From Candidatus Nanosynbacter lyticus (GTDB lineage Bacteria > Patescibacteriota > Saccharimonadia > Saccharimonadales > Saccharimonadaceae): DNA of 32,000 bases. The DNA is taken from the NCBI RefSeq assembly GCF_030253515.1, contig NZ_CP124549.1, positions 720,001 to 752,000 of the forward strand, in the 5' to 3' direction. Position 1 is the first letter of the stretch; every line of letters begins with the position of its first letter. Positions 1-8,618 of the stretch are shown in pieces. The translations under genes were made by a program, and so were the position numbers. Under the pieces are notes generated by a model. The model did no database searches and was not told the origin of the DNA. It saw nothing but the letters and a program-made list of their open reading frames with translations.

Positions 1-695
1 GCATGAACATCCTCACTCAGACAAAGCTGGTCGCTGTCCAGAAAGACGGCATCGCAAAGCGCGTCACCTACGCTCGTGGCGGCCAGCAGCATTCAGTGCG
101 TGTTGATGAAATCCTCATCGCCGACGACCGCCTACCGACGACCGACATTGGCCTAGAAAATGCGGGCGTGGCATATACCGAACATGGCATTCAAGTCAGC
201 GAAGCGATGCAAACTTCGGCGCGACACATCTTTGCGGCCGGTAGTGTCGTCGACCTTCAGGCGCAGACACACACCATCCTCAGCCATAGCCGCACCGCTG
301 CACACAACCTGTTACACCGTAATTTTATTGCACTTGACGATACGCCGCGCTTGACGATCGCTTTCACCGACCCGCAGATAGCCCGGACGGGACTGGACGA
401 GGACGACTGTCTGCGCCGCGATTTGAAAGTAAGTATTGCCCTTGCGCCACTGACCTTGACCGCTCGCAGCAACATCACCGACCGACGCAGTGGGTTCGTC
501 AAATTGATCAGCGACAAAAAAGGCGTCCTGCTCGGCGCCACCATCGTTGCACCGGGCGCTAGCGACTTGATGACCGGCCTCAGCCTCGCCATCCGCCACG
601 GCCTGACCGCCAAACAACTGATGAGCACACCAAACTGCTTCGTTGCCTGGTCAGAGGCCGTGCGCATTGCGGCGGGGAAATTGGCAGCTGATTAG
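1..695 (+). CDS. FAD/NAD(P)-dependent pyridine nucleotide-disulfide oxidoreductase family, C-terminal part (5' end outside window)
   Basis: The frame is open from the window edge to the stop at 693-695. 'TSARHIFAAGSVV' aligns with the 'xxIFAxGDxx' FAD segment. The last ~110 aa resemble the dimerisation domain of Lpd/GR/MerA-type enzymes. The canonical GD and HPxxxE residues are substituted. Confidence 0.6.
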   Translation, partial: MNILTQTKLVAVQKDGIAKRVTYARGGQQHSVRVDEILIADDRLPTTDIGLENAGVAYTEHGIQVSEAMQTSARHIFAAGSVVDLQAQTHTILSHSRTAAHNLLHRNFIALDDTPRLTIAFTDPQIARTGLDEDDCLRRDLKVSIALAPLTLTARSNITDRRSGFVKLISDKKGVLLGATIVAPGASDLMTGLSLAIRHGLTAKQLMSTPNCFVAWSEAVRIAAGKLAAD

Positions 696-735
696 GCGCT
701 CCCGAGATTTTACGTTTCCATGAAACTTCTGATGG

Positions 736-1143
736 CTACCGCTCGCCATCATTACGACGTGCCTCAAGCGCATCATGGAGACCGCTAAGTATCCAGTGCA
801 TTCTGGCAACCATAAATTCGCCGTCCTTACCGCGCATGCCATCTCGCAGTTTCTTTTCGGGAGTATCTTGTGACCAAAACCTTGTTTCTGGCGGAATTGC
901 TAACGGTTGTTTCAGGTCTAGCAGCGAGTCATCCCGCATATCGGGCGGGGTGTGCTGTTCGACCGCCTCTCTTGCTAGTTCCTCAAGCTCCTTTGCACAC
1001 GTGCACCACTGACCGCCCCCCCTACATACTGCATCTCGTGTGTTTTCTTTTGAGCCCATCTCTCTATTCGTCTTATCCTCCGACTGGTGGTCTACTGGCA
1101 ACTTATCGGTAGGTTGAGACGCTGGATTAAAGTGCTCTGTCAT
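736..1143 (-). CDS. hypothetical small protein with Cys cluster (CxxxxxxWCxC), paralogue A
   Basis: 135-aa ORF. TGTTATATT -10 box at 1152-1160, 8 nt upstream of the ATG (predicted leaderless). The 5' end (ATGACAGAGCACTTTAATCCAG) is about 75% identical to the 5' end of the ORF starting at 2249. Confidence 0.5.
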   Translation of the reverse strand: MTEHFNPASQPTDKLPVDHQSEDKTNREMGSKENTRDAVCRGGGQWCTCAKELEELAREAVEQHTPPDMRDDSLLDLKQPLAIPPETRFWSQDTPEKKLRDGMRGKDGEFMVARMHWILSGLHDALEARRNDGER

Positions 1144-1226
1144 AATGCCCTAATATAACACGGCCAGATCAAAAAGGCTAGACGTAGGCTACCGCAGCCA
1201 ATTTACACCACGACTTCACATGTATC

Positions 1227-1257
1227 AAAAACAAAAACGACCTCAACTCATGAGGCC
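1227..1257 (-). terminator. rho-independent terminator downstream of tRNA-fMet
   Basis: On the minus strand, GGCCTCA / TGAGGTC form a 7-bp stem (one G-U) with a 5-nt loop, followed by GTTTTTGTTTTTG. Confidence 0.6.
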
Positions 1258-1273
1258 GAAAAATCAATAAACA

Positions 1274-1350
1274 TGGTTGCGGGGGTAGGATTTGAACCTA
1301 CGACCTTTTGGTTATGAGCCAAACGAGCTACCAGGCTGCTCTACCCCGCG
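1274..1350 (-). tRNA. tRNA-Met (CAT), initiator type, CCA encoded
   Basis: The reverse complement folds as a 77-nt cloverleaf, CGCGGGG...CTCATAA...GGTTCAAATCC...CCCCGCAACCA. It has a C1:A72 mismatch and A11:U24, and is near-identical in layout to E. coli tRNA-fMet. The anticodon stem is TTTGG/CCAAA. Confidence 0.9.
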
Positions 1351-1378
1351 GCACATTGTCCATCTTAGCAAACACGAA

Positions 1379-1819
1379 TTATTTTTGCAAGTTCTGACTC
1401 GTTCGCCGCGCACCAAAGAGGAAATTAATCCACTGCTGGAAGTTACTGGTCGGTTGCTTTTGCGGCGTATTATGGGCAGTCGGTTGCTGCTTGGCCGCGT
1501 CGGTTGACGGCACGATCAGCAGCTTTTCGCCAGGCGAGCCACGGCCCAGGCGCTGGCGCACTGCGAGATCGAGGTATTCGTCACTTTCATAATATTTTGA
1601 CTCGTATGCTAGCAGCTCGGTACGCAATTTCTCGACCGTCAGCTGGTACTTTTTTTGATCGACCATCTGTTGCAGTTCATAATTGCGCTGCATCGACTCG
1701 ATCGACCCCCACGCCCAACTCAGCGCGATCAGCGCCGCCGCCGCAACCACAACATTATTCAGCGTCAAATAATCGTGACGCACGTGGTACCAAAATCGTT
1801 TGAGTTTCAGCATGTTCAT
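1379..1819 (-). CDS. septum formation initiator family protein (FtsB/DivIC-like)
   Basis: 146 aa. A single N-terminal TM segment (VVVAAAALIALSWAW) is followed by a coiled-coil-like stretch (QRNYELQQMVDQKKYQLTVEKLRTELL), the typical FtsB/DivIC architecture. Confidence 0.55.
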   Translation of the reverse strand: MNMLKLKRFWYHVRHDYLTLNNVVVAAAALIALSWAWGSIESMQRNYELQQMVDQKKYQLTVEKLRTELLAYESKYYESDEYLDLAVRQRLGRGSPGEKLLIVPSTDAAKQQPTAHNTPQKQPTSNFQQWINFLFGARRTSQNLQK

Positions 1820-1871
1820 GTTGGTTTTATCAGAAGTTATGGCTATATTATGAGGGGTTGGGTGGGGTTAG

Positions 1872-2249
1872 TCAAGATGAGTGGTCGTTCAGACGATTTT
1901 TACGATATGTTTCCCATAGCCTATCGTCGATAGTGGGTAAATTCCAGTCATCGCCAATACGCTCCCGTTCGCCAAGATCCCATGCGGGAGAGAATTTATT
2001 TCGAATCTGAGCCGCCCTTTCAGGGTTTCTTCGAGAGAAATCGCGTAGCATTTCCTCGGGTGTCTCAAACCGTCGTTTTGGCACTTTAGGCGCCTCCTCT
2101 GCGTCCATTTTCAAGGCTCTCTTCCCGAGCTGTCTATTGCACAGAGACCACCCACACCACTCGCATGCCACTGTCTCAACCTCTCCGTCTGCTGGCGCCA
2201 CCTGCTGTTCTTGTACTGATGACTGATCTGGATATAAATGCTCCGTCAT
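1872..2249 (-). CDS. hypothetical small protein with Cys cluster (CxWCxxxxC), paralogue B
   Basis: Start revised to the MTEH methionine at 2249. TGCTACAAT -10 at 2258-2266, 8 nt upstream. The 5' end and the RF..TPE..LRD segment resemble the ORF at 736-1143. Confidence 0.5.
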   Translation of the reverse strand: MTEHLYPDQSSVQEQQVAPADGEVETVACEWCGWSLCNRQLGKRALKMDAEEAPKVPKRRFETPEEMLRDFSRRNPERAAQIRNKFSPAWDLGERERIGDDWNLPTIDDRLWETYRKNRLNDHSS

Positions 2250-2377
2250 AATACTTGATTGTAGCATGAATGGTTAAAAATTAGGAGGAACCAAGGAATG
2301 AAGAGCCGGCAGCTTCAGGCAGGAGCATCCTCAGAAAAAGAGCATGCGCAACCTGCTTAACATTAGTTAGTAAACTA

Positions 2378-2650
2378 ATGAAAAGCCCAGAAGAGGATGG
2401 CTTTGAGATGACAGAAGCTCCCACTGTCGAAGAAATGTTACAGGAACTACCCCCGATCCCTGACAACTTGCGTGGTGATCCAGTGCCGCCAGGGGTCAAG
2501 CGCGTGGTTGAGGAAAGAAGACGAGAAATCCTTGCAGAGATGCGCGGAACACCACATGCGCTAGCGCTAGCGCTTGCAAGAGCCGCCTCAACAAACCTCC
2601 TTGATCAAGCAATGATTGCTGCCTACATCATTACCCCTCGACGCAAGTAG
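2378..2650 (+). CDS. hypothetical protein (acidic N-terminus, helical C-terminus)
   Basis: 90-aa ORF with protein-like composition; the antisense 72-aa ORF looks like noise. No clear SD or promoter of its own. A 19-codon ORF with a strong SD lies just upstream. Confidence 0.4.
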   Translation: MKSPEEDGFEMTEAPTVEEMLQELPPIPDNLRGDPVPPGVKRVVEERRREILAEMRGTPHALALALARAASTNLLDQAMIAAYIITPRRK

Positions 2651-2651
2651 A

Positions 2652-3122
2652 CTAGGCGTAAGTCCGGTAGGGACAGTCAACCAGACCAATGTCTCCCCAC
2701 CCTCCATGACGGACAATAGCAGTGCCTCGCAGCCACCGACATCCCATTGCAATTGGCGACGATCGTTTCAGTACTGACAAATCGGCACAGAGTTGGTGGC
2801 CCGCAAAGGTCACGCCGGACAATGTCCGCGAGGAAGCGATATCTGACTCGATCATCTCCAGAAGCCGCGGCACCTCGTCTTCCGATTCCAGATAGACTGA
2901 CTTGAACCCAAATTCAAGTAGGCTCTGATCCTCCAACGAATCAACATGTGCAAGGTCAATGATGGCCCATGAGTAGCAAAACGGTTTTGATGCTCCCCGA
3001 ACCCGGAAATTCTTTGTCCACTCAACATCGAGCGCAGCCACGAGACTTCGTTCTCGACTAAACGGGCGCTCTGGCTCACCAAACGGGCGTTCCGCCCACT
3101 GCAAGTTTGTTCTCAAGTGCAT
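2652..3122 (-). CDS. DEDD-type 3'-5' exonuclease-like (RNase H fold) protein, apparently lacking the Exo III segment
   Basis: 'ALDVEWT' resembles the Exo I motif (DxE). 'AGHQLCADLSVL' resembles the Exo II motif (HxxxxDxxxL). The ORF ends about 40 aa later with no recognisable Exo III motif. Confidence 0.3.
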   Translation of the reverse strand: MHLRTNLQWAERPFGEPERPFSRERSLVAALDVEWTKNFRVRGASKPFCYSWAIIDLAHVDSLEDQSLLEFGFKSVYLESEDEVPRLLEMIESDIASSRTLSGVTFAGHQLCADLSVLKRSSPIAMGCRWLRGTAIVRHGGWGDIGLVDCPYRTYA

Positions 3123-3225
3123 CGACTTATGTATTCTCCTAGAGACGATTTTAACTCACATAGATGCTTTTACCAAGATACTTCCGGAAGTGGTTGCGCT
3201 TGAAGGGGTGGCGTCACGACCCCTG

Positions 3226-3261
3226 ACAAAACCAAAAACCTCCGACCAATGGCCGGAGGTT
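3226..3261 (-). terminator. rho-independent terminator downstream of tRNA(CAT)
   Basis: AACCTCCG / CGGAGGTT form an 8-bp stem (3237-3244 / 3254-3261) with a 9-nt loop. On the minus strand it is followed by TTTGGTTTTGT. Confidence 0.7.
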
Positions 3262-3276
3262 CTAACATGACACTTT

Positions 3277-3352
3277 TGGTGGGGGTGGCTGGGATCGAAC
3301 CAGCGACCAACAGGTTATGAGCCCGCTGCTCTAACCGCTGAGCTACACCCCC
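3277..3352 (-). tRNA. tRNA with CAT anticodon (elongator Met or lysidine-modified Ile2), CCA encoded
   Basis: The reverse complement is a 76-nt cloverleaf, GGGGGTG TA GCTC...GAGC A GCGGG CTCATAA CCTGT ... GCTGG TTCGATC CCAGC CACCCCC ACCA. The acceptor stem is fully paired. A TATAAT box lies at 3362-3367 upstream. Confidence 0.9.
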
Positions 3353-3418
3353 ATGAGCGATATTATACCGTAAAAACAGCCAAGTGAGAAGTGCCGTCAA
3401 TTCCCCCACTACCGACCG

Positions 3419-3784
3419 TCAAGCTGCTCGTGCCTTCCCGAGGGCAGCGCGCGCCATTGCAATTCCGTCCCTATTTGTCTGTTTTTGTTCCTCGGTTAAC
3501 GGACCCTGTCCTGATGCTTCATGGGCTTGTTGCGTACGTGTATCAAACGCTGCAAAATAACGGCGCCGAGGTTGTGGTTGCGGTTTCTTATCCGCGGGGA
3601 TATTCTGATCAGATAGTCGCTCATCAACCGCATGGGCGTTCTGATCAGCCGGCGGTTCAAGCCCAAGTGCCAATCGCGCTTTATAATATGGCCAGCCCAT
3701 TTTATCGACAAGTTCATCAACCTTCTCCCACTCCTCCGCGGTCAATTCACGGCCCCGCTCACCAGTCTGCGATAGTTCACTCAT
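3419..3784 (-). CDS. hypothetical protein
   Basis: 121-aa ORF. TGTGATATT -10 at 3793-3801, 8 nt upstream of the ATG (predicted leaderless). No family recognised. Confidence 0.5.
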   Translation of the reverse strand: MSELSQTGERGRELTAEEWEKVDELVDKMGWPYYKARLALGLEPPADQNAHAVDERLSDQNIPADKKPQPQPRRRYFAAFDTRTQQAHEASGQGPLTEEQKQTNRDGIAMARAALGKARAA

Positions 3785-3845
3785 AATTAGTAAATATCAC
3801 ATTTTGCCTATAAAAGCAATACTATCTCAGTGCCTCAATGCTTCA

Positions 3846-3880
3846 CCACAAAAAGACTCCCGCATGAGCGAGAGTCTTTG
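3846..3880 (-). terminator. rho-independent terminator of the 68-aa gene
   Basis: On the minus strand, AAAGACTC / GAGTCTTT form an 8-bp stem (3852-3859 / 3872-3879) with a 12-nt loop, running into TTTTTG. Confidence 0.6.
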
Positions 3881-3936
3881 AGGCACCTGTTTGTTTGATA
3901 CTATTGTACCGGTAACCAGGTGTATAATGCAAGTGC

Positions 3937-4143
3937 TTATTTCTTCTTTTTGATCGTCAAAAAGCCATTGCGTGGGTTTTCGGTAACGATCCGGTCATCT
4001 GGCAAGTCGCATGGCTCGCCCTTGGCGTTCTTTTCAACCTTGGCGAAAAAATAAATTGTCTGCGTTTTGCCACCGCGCAGCGTGACTTCGGTTTTATGCA
4101 AGTAGTATGTAATGCCTTTTGAGTTTGTGTGCTTATAAGCCAT
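3937..4143 (-). CDS. small conserved-looking hypothetical protein (68 aa, basic C-terminus)
   Basis: AGGAGG SD 7 nt upstream of the ATG, a TATAGT -10-like box further upstream, and its own terminator. No family named with confidence. Confidence 0.6.
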   Translation of the reverse strand: MAYKHTNSKGITYYLHKTEVTLRGGKTQTIYFFAKVEKNAKGEPCDLPDDRIVTENPRNGFLTIKKKK

Positions 4144-4206
4144 TCGTATACCTCCTGTTAGTACTATACTATTCTAGATTAGCGCCTCTGTTAACCCCTG
4201 TCAAGC

Positions 4207-4869
4207 CTAAAGCGGTTTTTGACGATACCGAAGCAGCAGTTTCAATACCGCTAACGCCACCAGCCGAGCAATGATAATCAGCATAATTACCCCTGTTACC
4301 ACCAATGACCAGCCCGCCAAGTCCGATGACCAGAGCGGCGGTACAAATGTCTGATAATACGGCGCAGTGGATGGCGGCGTAAATTTGAGGTCAAGCGACG
4401 AGGCGGCCGGGTACTTCGCCCATTCATCATTGATGCAGCTGACGTAGCGCGGGTCGGCCGTAGCATAAAATCGCCCCCAACCACCAGCCTGTGCTCGAGC
4501 GTCGCATACTTGGCGAACTTTGGCGACCGTGTCGTTGCTGGAACGAGAGGCTGACTTTGACTCAAATTCTTTCCAGGCCGCCTCGTAGGCCCGCTTGTAT
4601 GAGTGCTCCAGCGCGATGCGTCCCGGATCGGCGTTCATGTGCGCGACCACATAGCGCTGCAAGTCATACACCCGCCGCTCCAGCGTGCCCTCGTCGCCCT
4701 CCTTGTCAGCATTGATGACGGCGTCACGGCGCTCGATCATGCCGATATTATTTAGCCTGAGGAATGTCGCACTGATAAACGACGCCATCACTAGCAAAAT
4801 GACCAGCTGCCATGTCTTGATTTCTTCTAGCCGCCGGATCGCCCGACGCGTGCCTCGCTTATCTGCCAT
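4207..4869 (-). CDS. hypothetical membrane protein (N- and C-terminal TM helices)
   Basis: 220 aa. TM segments are WQLVILLVMASFISATFL and WSLVVTGVIMLIIIARLVALAVL. GGTGGGGA SD; TGGTATAAT promoter, divergent from murC. Confidence 0.6.
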   Translation of the reverse strand: MADKRGTRRAIRRLEEIKTWQLVILLVMASFISATFLRLNNIGMIERRDAVINADKEGDEGTLERRVYDLQRYVVAHMNADPGRIALEHSYKRAYEAAWKEFESKSASRSSNDTVAKVRQVCDARAQAGGWGRFYATADPRYVSCINDEWAKYPAASSLDLKFTPPSTAPYYQTFVPPLWSSDLAGWSLVVTGVIMLIIIARLVALAVLKLLLRYRQKPL

Positions 4870-4950
4870 TCCCCACCTTTCTCAAGTCCATTATACCAAA
4901 GATGCTGGGTGAATGCGACACGGGGATGGCGTCAGTGGTATAATGACGCT

Positions 4951-6216
4951 ATGAGAATTTATTTTTCGGGAATTGGTGGCGTGGCGATCGGGCCACTAGC
5001 AGAAATGGCCATCAGCGCTGGGCACGAGGTCTGTGGCTCTGACCGAGCGGCCGGCTTGATGACGGAGGCGCTCAGGCGAGCCGGCATCACGGTGTCGTTT
5101 GATCAGTCAGGCGAGTTTTTACGTAGCGAACATCAGCGGGAGCCCTTTGACTGGTTTGTCTATACGGCGGCCCTGCCAGCGGATCATCCAGAGTTGGCAC
5201 TGGCCAGGCAGCTGGGGATTCGCACCAGCAAGCGTGATGAGCTCCTCGCTCAGATTATCGCTGACAAGCAGCTCAAGCTCATCGCCGTCACCGGTACGCA
5301 CGGCAAGACGACGACGACTGGCATGCTGGTGTGGACGTTGCAGCAACTCGGCGTGCCGGTGAGCTACCTGGTTGGCTCGACGCTTAGTTTTGGCCCAAGC
5401 GGTCGGTTTGATCCGGCCAGTCAGTTTTTGGTGTATGAATGCGATGAATTTGACCGCAATTTCCTCCACTTTTCGCCGTGGCTAAGCCTCATCACCTCAG
5501 TTGATTATGACCATCCCGACACCTTTCCGACGCCAGATGATTACCGAGCGGCGTTTCGGCAATTTGGCGAGCAGTCGACGCAGGTGATCACGTGGCGAGA
5601 GGATGCGGAGGTATTTACTCCAGCCAATGTAACGGTACTTGAACAGACTGATCCACAAATGACGCTGGCTGGCGAACACAACCGGCGTAACGGCACGCTG
5701 GCAGCACGGGCGGTAATGCTGGTGCGAGAGGCGGCTGCCCTTAAGATTGAGGCTGAGGCGATTATCGCGGCGCTCAATGCCTTTCCGGGCACCGGCCGGC
5801 GCTTTGAAAAACTGGCCGACAATCTCTACACCGACTATGGCCACCATCCGTCGGAGATTGCCGCCACGTTGCAGCTGGCTCATGAACTAAATGACCGCGT
5901 GGTGCTCGTCTACCAGCCGCACCAAAATATTCGCCAGCACGAGGTTCGTGAACGCTACACTGATGAGATTTTTGCACATGCCAGCGAGATATATTGGCTG
6001 CCGACGTACTTGACCCGCGAAGACCCAAGCCTGCCGGTGCTCACGCCGGAGGAATTAACGCGCCAATTCACGACGGACAAGGTGCATATCGCGCAGTTGG
6101 ATGAGGTGCTGTGGCAGGTAATTGAGCAGCAGCGAGCACGCGGTGCGCTGGTACTCGGTATGGGTGCCGGAACAATCGACGGATGGCTGCGCGAGCAGTT
6201 AGGCCGCAGCGCTTGA
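4951..6216 (+). CDS. murC: UDP-N-acetylmuramate--L-alanine ligase (Mur ligase family, MurC-like)
   Basis: The N-terminus MRIYFSGIGGVAIGPLAEMAISAGHEVCGSD matches the MurC GIGGxG...GSD pattern, and GTHGKTTTTGML is the Mur ligase P-loop. Start moved to 4951 because TGGTATAAT (4936-4944) lies 6 nt upstream. Confidence 0.75.
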   Translation: MRIYFSGIGGVAIGPLAEMAISAGHEVCGSDRAAGLMTEALRRAGITVSFDQSGEFLRSEHQREPFDWFVYTAALPADHPELALARQLGIRTSKRDELLAQIIADKQLKLIAVTGTHGKTTTTGMLVWTLQQLGVPVSYLVGSTLSFGPSGRFDPASQFLVYECDEFDRNFLHFSPWLSLITSVDYDHPDTFPTPDDYRAAFRQFGEQSTQVITWREDAEVFTPANVTVLEQTDPQMTLAGEHNRRNGTLAARAVMLVREAAALKIEAEAIIAALNAFPGTGRRFEKLADNLYTDYGHHPSEIAATLQLAHELNDRVVLVYQPHQNIRQHEVRERYTDEIFAHASEIYWLPTYLTREDPSLPVLTPEELTRQFTTDKVHIAQLDEVLWQVIEQQRARGALVLGMGAGTIDGWLREQLGRSA

Positions 6217-6231
6217 TCACAAGTAGCCAGC

Positions 6232-6891
6232 CTATTCGTCAGACTTGCCACCAAGCGCCACCCGGATATCGTCATACGAAAATCCTTGACGGGCTAGATA
6301 AGCCATAAATTTCTGCTGATCGCCAGCGTATTTGTGGCGTTTTTTAGCGATAATTTTTTGCAGTTCCTCGTCATCAGAGCGGATATTTTCGCTGATTAGT
6401 TGCTCTATCGTCTCGCGGTCAATCCCCTTTTGCGCTAACTCTAATTTTAGCCGCCTAACACTAGTGCCCTTTTGCATAAATCGATGTTCCAACCAAAAGC
6501 GGGCAAACTTCTCATCGTCGAGGTACTGTTTCTCGATCAGCCGCGCCAGCACCCGCTCGGTAATTTCCGGCTTCACACCCGGACGCTCAGTAATTTTGCC
6601 AGTCTTTGGCGAGCGTTTCTTAGTCGGCCTGGTTTTACGCCACAGATAATCGCGCAGCTCTTTAACCGAGCGCGGCCGCATCAAGCAATACTCCATAGCC
6701 CGGGCGTACAACTTACCAAACTGGCTCTCGTCCTCTAGCGCTGTCAATTCGTCGTCGGTATATTCGCGCCCGACCTTCAGTCCGAGCTCGCCCACCTGAA
6801 AGACATCGAGGCTAAAGCGGTATTTGCCATCAACACTCACGTTAACGCGGTTGTTATCGCGAGTTTGGAGAGAGATGTCAGTGATTTTCAT
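6232..6891 (-). CDS. recX: recombination regulator RecX
   Basis: 219 aa. A typical RecX repeat-helical sequence (FGKLYARAMEYCLMRPRSVKELRDYLWRK...) and position next to recA. TATAAT at 6898-6903, 6 nt upstream of the ATG. Confidence 0.8.
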   Translation of the reverse strand: MKITDISLQTRDNNRVNVSVDGKYRFSLDVFQVGELGLKVGREYTDDELTALEDESQFGKLYARAMEYCLMRPRSVKELRDYLWRKTRPTKKRSPKTGKITERPGVKPEITERVLARLIEKQYLDDEKFARFWLEHRFMQKGTSVRRLKLELAQKGIDRETIEQLISENIRSDDEELQKIIAKKRHKYAGDQQKFMAYLARQGFSYDDIRVALGGKSDE

Positions 6892-6936
6892 GAAGCTATT
6901 ATACCGCGAAGCCGCTAGGCTAACTACTAGCAGAGG

Positions 6937-7460
6937 CTACTCGACTACTTCGACAACCTTACCATGCACGCCGTTGTAGCAAGCAGCAGCACGCGGCTCG
7001 GTGATGACCGGTAGTTGCCCTGGAATAGCGCTCATATTAACGTCGTCCAGCGTACCGGCCTCGACGCAACCAAGCGTGATGTGCGGGCGGAACCCATCAA
7101 CATCCAGCCCTGGGTGAATACCATCCAGCGCTGCGAGCAATTGCTGACGCGCCTCAGCCATCCAGGCATTTTTCTGCGTGCGTAGCTCAACCCAAACACA
7201 GTTACCAGCCTCGTCTGGTAAGAAATTAACACCGTCAAGCACCAACTTATCGAGGACAGGTAGTGCCACAGCGGCCGACTTGAGGCGTGGCATGTCCTGC
7301 TCGGTCACGTTAATCAGTGTCACGTGTGGGATAAACTCACCAAAGTCAAGATTCATTTTTTCTGACAGCTCTCGAAGATACGCATTCTGCTTATCATCAA
7401 AGACGAGGCTGACTGATGCCATATGTTTTTCGACTGGATATGCGGTTTCTGCTGCGCGCA

Positions 7461-7461
<1 letters not shown>
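6937..7461 (-). CDS. 2H phosphoesterase superfamily protein (LigT/ThpR-like)
   Basis: Two HxTx motifs (PHVTLI and PHITLG) about 85 aa apart. The ATG overlaps the recA stop (TAATG). Confidence 0.6.
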
Positions 7462-8531
<1,070 letters not shown>

Positions 8532-8618
8532 ACCTCTCCCTCCGTTATCTTATGCTGTATAGTATACCATAAATCAAGCGCCTACCACGAGCAGTGAAAC
8601 TTTGCTATAATGGACAAC

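Noticed and set aside
2281-2499. A 72-aa minus-strand ORF containing 'VAHALFL', considered as the missing Exo III part of the exonuclease-like gene.
   Set aside because: It has no Asp at the H-x4-D position and a low-complexity Ser/Gly composition typical of an antisense frame. It overlaps a more protein-like plus-strand ORF.
2558-2574. A GCGCTAGCGCTAGCGC tandem palindrome, considered as a repeat element or operator.
   Set aside because: It lies inside the 90-aa ORF, where it simply encodes ALALALA, and no second copy occurs elsewhere.
3830-3886. A compound hairpin (outer stem GTGCCTCAA/TTGAGGCAC, inner stem AGACTC/GAGTCT), considered as a small RNA.
   Set aside because: On the minus strand the inner stem plus T-run is a standard intrinsic terminator for the 68-aa gene. 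There is no independent promoter.
8551-8569. CTGTATAGTATACCA upstream of recA, considered as a LexA SOS box (CTGT-N8-ACAG).
   Set aside because: Only the CTGT half-site is present; the second arm is CCAT rather than ACAG. The segment is better explained as the TGGTATACT extended -10 of recA on the other strand.
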